This document shows positions 59,481 through 64,000 of a stretch of 64,000 bases of DNA, one piece after another. The first letter of the stretch is position 1. Every line of letters starts with the position of its first letter. Below the pieces are notes generated by a model. The model worked only from the letters and a program-made list of their open reading frames with translations. It searched no databases and was not told where the DNA came from. Position numbers and translations under genes: made by a program. Origin of the DNA: Neoechinorhynchus agilis (Eukaryota; Animalia; Acanthocephala). The DNA lies in NCBI GenBank assembly GCA_051530055.1, contig CM121342.1, positions 15,887,480-15,951,479 of the forward strand. Direction: 5' to 3'.

Positions 59481-60296
59481 CGAATTAAGGGTGCAGTGTC
59501 GGTTATTGGCCGAAACATACAAAATGTATATTGTTAAAATAAAAATTCTAATAAAACCTCAAAACTTAAAATATTTGAATATACAGATGCATTTGCATGC
59601 ACATGATGAAACTTGATCAGCCAGATCAAGGTCTCCTATTGACCTTATCAAACTGTTTACACCTTCTTCTTTACACACTAGCAAGTACCATATCGGATTC
59701 AAGGTCCCAGCTCGAAGACGTAAAACCATTTTAAATGTTTGTATTAGAAGAATAGAATACCAGCTTACGAGGGAATCGGACGTTTCTCGACGAATATGCT
59801 GTTGTAGTTCGTTGATTGCAAATTGTTGTACCATCTGAGAACAAAATCCTGAACCAGAATAATAAAGCTCACTTAGCGAACTTTGGATTCATTAGAATTT
59901 GCTTTTACCTGAAGCACTAAATGTGGTTATTTGTTTAAATCTAATATAAATGGTACGAAGCAATGCTACCAGCGTGATGGCGACGGTCGAGGAAGGACAA
60001 AAGCTGGAATTTGGCGGGAGATGGTGAGTGTGCTTCAAACAGATTGTTCGAATTGTTAAAAATATAATGTTTAAAAAAATGGTATTCTTAAGTAATTGCT
60101 CATCAATCGTGTAAACTTGAGACGATAAAATGAATGGGACAAATGCTGTCTGCATTAAACCAAAATCCAAAAAATTATCACCTTTTTTTCTATTATCTTG
60201 TTCCTGTTTCTTTTATATGTGTTTCATTATTGACAAACAATAAAACGCGCATGTATTTTACCTTCGATTTTACAAACCCCTCTAATTAGATCCAAT

Positions 60297-60839
60297 TCAT
60301 TGAAATCTGAATCCAGTGGGCACATCTCCTAATTTATTTAATATTTTTGTCGGCGACGATAACTCTTTAGCTGTCTTCGCACTTGTTTTCGCACTTTTTT
60401 CGGTCATGTCTATTTCCTTGATTCTGTGAACGATTTCTCGAACATTTGTCTCGACGACCATTCCACCCGTTATCATCTCCTGAACGATATAGTTGATTTT
60501 GTCGGGATTAAAGATGAGATCAAGCTCACAAACGTTGTGAAAACACAAGTCAAGCACTTCAACAAATGCCTGAATTAGATCGAGAATAGCTAGCTCGTTT
60601 TCGGATTCGTCAATGTGGATACAAATGTATACCGTTGCATAATAGCGGTAAACGAGCTTTGAGGAAGGGCGATCGGGTATCACATGTTCAACGAAACAAC
60701 AAGATTTGTCTGATCGCTTACATATCGCTTGGAACGTTCGGAGAATCACACTTTGTTGCTCCTGTTCTGTTAGAGAAATGTAGAAGCTAGCAAGACGGGG
60801 CTTCCCGGTTTTATTCATTATAAGCAAATACTCGATCAT
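60297..60839 (-). CDS. AP3S1: AP-3 complex subunit sigma
   Basis: GKPRLASFY, KLVYRYYAT, ENELAILDLIQAFVEVLDLCFHNVCELDLIF and EMITGGMVVETN, with the C-terminal extension typical of sigma-3. Confidence 0.95.
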   Translation of the reverse strand: MIEYLLIMNKTGKPRLASFYISLTEQEQQSVILRTFQAICKRSDKSCCFVEHVIPDRPSSKLVYRYYATVYICIHIDESENELAILDLIQAFVEVLDLCFHNVCELDLIFNPDKINYIVQEMITGGMVVETNVREIVHRIKEIDMTEKSAKTSAKTAKELSSPTKILNKLGDVPTGFRFQ

Positions 60840-61567
60840 TGTCTGAAATAATAAATTTGGACAACGTTCAAAATGAAGATAATCGACTTGCGATACGAAA
60901 ACGACGATGATAAAAGTTATATAATTGACATTTTAGCCAGCATAATTTAAATCAGGCTTTAAACAGAACCCCGTGAATAACTGTAACAGACTTCTGAAGA
61001 GATAAATATCTACGCGATGGTGGCTAAGACAATGCTGAATATAACGCGAGGAAGCGACCACAAGATTTATTTTGCTGTCTACACATACTAAACGGATGTG
61101 CCGTTGAGTCATAAAATGTGAAGTTATGTACATAGTCCAGGAAAAGAGCGTCAGAATTTAATTTCGAAGATAAGTAAATCTCAGAATCTTATTGTTTTTA
61201 GAGTTAGGCAGTAAAAACTTAAAGATAATGTGAATATTTGTTTCTCCGAGGCTTAAAAAAGTGAAATGGGCAACGATATTTTTTGGATGTAACACTGACG
61301 AATAGCGTAGCAAAGATAATTTAACGGCGAAATCCCCAGAAAAAAATAATCTCCGTCCTTTCGACCGTTACACCAGGACGGCAGCCGAGTGATGATCTTT
61401 TGGCTTTCAAATAAATAATCTTTAAAAGTTAAAAAATTTAAAAAACGAAATAAAATCTTTTAATTTTTTCGCACCGATATTAAATGCCATCAGATTAGCA
61501 GATGATATTTACATTCGACACCGTTCATGTTTTCTTATGGTGGAAAAATTAAAAGAATTTATGGATT

Positions 61568-61603
61568 CCGATATTTCGGCACAATCTTGTGCCTTCATCA
61601 AGG
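61568..61603 (-). ncRNA. Minimal hammerhead motif (U3.G8)
   Basis: CC TTGATGA A GGCACA-AGAT-TGTGCC GAAA TAT C GG. Confidence 0.7.
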
Positions 61604-61649
61604 TTGTTTAGGTGTATTATTCGCACTTGAATGTCACACACTTAAACGA

Positions 61650-61685
61650 CTTTGATAAAGGCACAAGATTGTGCCGAAATATCGG
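61650..61685 (+). ncRNA. Minimal hammerhead ribozyme (U3-A8)
   Basis: CT TTGATAA A GGCACA-AGAT-TGTGCC GAAA TAT C GG. Confidence 0.75.
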
Positions 61686-62279
61686 AATCCATAAATTCTT
61701 TTAATTTTTCGCCATATTAAAACATTAGACATCGCCACGAAAATACACGTTACTTTCAAGCAAAAAGCCCATCAAAATTGTCTCTCTGACTTTGTTAAAT
61801 ACAAAAAATTAAATCCTAAAATGAACAAAAACGTCGTAGTTCATAAAACCCAAGTTAATATATTCGAGTAGACAAACACTCACCATCATTTCGATCAGGA
61901 GCCTTCGGATCGGCCAAGATGCAGTTTAGTCGGTTGAAAAAATTCAACGGAAACCAACTCATTTGAAGCGTTGCTTCTAAATGCAAACGTCGTCGACTGC
62001 TTGAAAGTGTAGATTAAAGAGTGTCAATTTTTGTCTGTTTTATATAGGATCTAAGATAAAAAGATCTTGTGCCCACAAACTAAAACGTTGACAGCACGGA
62101 GTCAGGCGCACACAACGGTTCAAAAGATATGAAATGGAAAGCTTTGCAGGGTATTCGAAAAATTATAATGATAACGAACAAAATTTTTTATAGAATTAAT
62201 TACCTGAAGAAAATTTCTGAAACGATTTCAGGGTTTGGTTTGGAGCTTAACTTCTAGAAGTGTGAGCAGCTCTTAATAA

Positions 62280-63444
62280 ACATGGAGGAATACCGCGACA
62301 AAATACTTCGCGACTTTACCTTCGTCGCGCCAGGCTTGAAGTTGATTCAGCTCGATCAGCCCAGTTTGTAAGGGAGAACGTTCCAATTGATATATAAAGC
62401 ACGCCGCCCAGTCTGGAGCTGCTATTTGAGAAAGCCCACGAAGCAGTGTTCATCAAAAATTGCATCTACACACCTAAACTTCTCTACAAGCTGAGAACCA
62501 CTTTAACCTTCAACTATCAGAAAGACCTGGCTAATCTCCACAACCTCGTACGAGACAAACTTGAGAGCATTCTAAATGTGAGCTTCGGCGCGAATTAAAA
62601 TGAAGTCAGACAACCTTGCCCACATCCTTCGCTGGTTCTAGCATTAGACGTACCAGTGATGCGCGAGTCGTGAACACTCGAAAAAGGTTTTCTATGAGGT
62701 TAATGAAAAGCATTTCAAAGAGGCCCTATCGAAATGGTCGTTACTAACCGGATTGGATCAACCTCCAGGAAACTGCGCCAAGCAGCATCTTGGGACTCAC
62801 CGCACCAGATAGATGAGAGGTTCCGAATTCGACTGATGGCTTGTTTGATCAAGGAATCGGGATCATGGCTCGAAGCTTTGCCCAATGAACGCTTGGGAAC
62901 ATTACTAGACGACGAGACATTGCGCATCTCATTGCATCATTCCGCGCCAATCTCGTTGCGGCTCACATGCAGACGCAACTGGCACACGTGGGCTCTGCAA
63001 GGAAATTTCCAAGACACTCGGCACTCAACGACATAATCAGCAGAATTTTGTCCCGCATTAGCATTCCTAACGTCTTCGATCAAAGCAAATCTAGGACGTT
63101 TCGACGAAAGACGCCCGGACGGAGCGACCGTCTTCCTCTGGAGCCGCCGCCGCTGTCTTATGTGGGACGCTACATGCACCGAAGACACTTCGGCCAGGAG
63201 CAACTTCGAAGTTGCGAAAAAAGGTGAAGGCAAAGTCGCCACTTCTGCTGAGAGAAGGAAAGTTGCCAAATACAGCAACTTCGCTGCAGATTTTATCCTC
63301 GCTTTGTTAGGCGTGGAAACCTATGGGTCGTCGGGGGAGACGTCTTTGATGCTGATAGGATTACGAGGGATTCTCGTGCCCAATGTCCTAGCGGCAAAAC
63401 ATAGGCGAAACGCCGCGATCATCCGTATGCCGGTAAAAAAATAG
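62280..63444 (+). mobile_element. CRE-clade non-LTR retrotransposon, 3' part with restriction-like endonuclease, degenerate
   Basis: AHEAVFIKNCIYTPKLLYKLRT, LESILNV, TLPTSFAGSSIRR (LPxxxGGLGIR), ESGSWLEALP...LGTLLDDETLRIS, RHSALNDII, RRPDGATVFLW...WDATC..T, AERRKVAKY and GVETYG. Confidence 0.85.
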
Positions 63445-64000
63445 AAAATGTTATTTTGTCAAATTTTTTAGACTTGGAGCATTCTTAAGTTTATTCTATT
63501 GAAAATCAATAGTCGCCATGATTTTTGGACGGATCATTTGATCGGTGCAGTAAAGAACATGAGACGAAAATCTTACAAACCCCAAAAACTGCAAAAATGC
63601 ATTTTCCTTCTCATAAAATGGCATAATATTAGACCGCAACATAGACTGCAACCAATGAGTTTTAAAAAGAGCAACCATCGCCAACGATTTCAATGCAGCG
63701 TTGGAGAAACTTAAAAAATGCATTACAGGGAAAAGGAACTTCTAGATAAGGAAACTATTCTTTCAAAAAATAGTTCACGTGAACTTTTAAGTCATCATTC
63801 AAGCCCACGCGATTTTAAATAGGTACTTTTAAAACGTTTAGTACTCTTACTGATGATTGCTTTTTTGAGATTTATCAAAATAAAATATTTAAAGTTCTTC
63901 CGTGTACAATATGACGTCATTTCGCATCTTAAGCTCTACATTTTTGCGCAAAAGGATCGTGCTGTTTTTTGACAACAAGATTAATACTTTGAATACAAAA

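Larger units (their letters stand above)
61536..61716. mobile_element. ORF-less palindrome with a hammerhead motif in each arm
   Basis: Arms 61536-61615 and 61638-61716 (about 5 substitutions and 1 indel) around a 22-nt spacer. Confidence 0.85.

Noticed and set aside
59559-60170. Two minus-strand ORFs between the zinc-finger gene and AP-3 sigma
   Set aside because: They could be exons of a small gene, but no family motif or consistent splice path could be established.
62203-62232. CTGAAGA...GAAA upstream of the CRE fragment
   Set aside because: No helix II; it is a simple CCTGAA/TTCAGG inverted repeat.

Overview
AT-rich, gene-dense eukaryotic DNA with very short GT-AG introns (about 25-55 nt) and strongly diverged proteins. 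It probably comes from a compact, fast-evolving animal genome, but the species cannot be named from sequence alone. Recognisable host genes: a PTH2-fold gene plus a decayed tandem copy, an Amt ammonium transporter, FCHo (F-BAR, linker, muHD), SRP68, a histidine acid phosphatase, Cdt1, DMAP1/Swc4 plus a 500-bp partial duplicate, a CCDC134-like gene, a myristoylated neuronal calcium sensor, Cdc20/fizzy, an alpha-like GST, a C2H2 zinc-finger gene and AP-3 sigma. A 16.1-kb array of 114-bp satellite monomers occupies 24.5-40.6 kb. Retroelement relics include LINE RT fragments, two non-overlapping halves of a CRE-clade element and several Penelope-like element (PLE) ends. The most striking feature not shown by the ORF track is about 12 minimal hammerhead-ribozyme motifs in at least 6 helix-II sequence families. 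They share one architecture with covarying helices, a palindromic helix III and often a U3-A8 core swap. They occur at PLE 3' ends and as ORF-less head-to-head palindromes, one of them nested. Exon boundaries were read by eye and are approximate.
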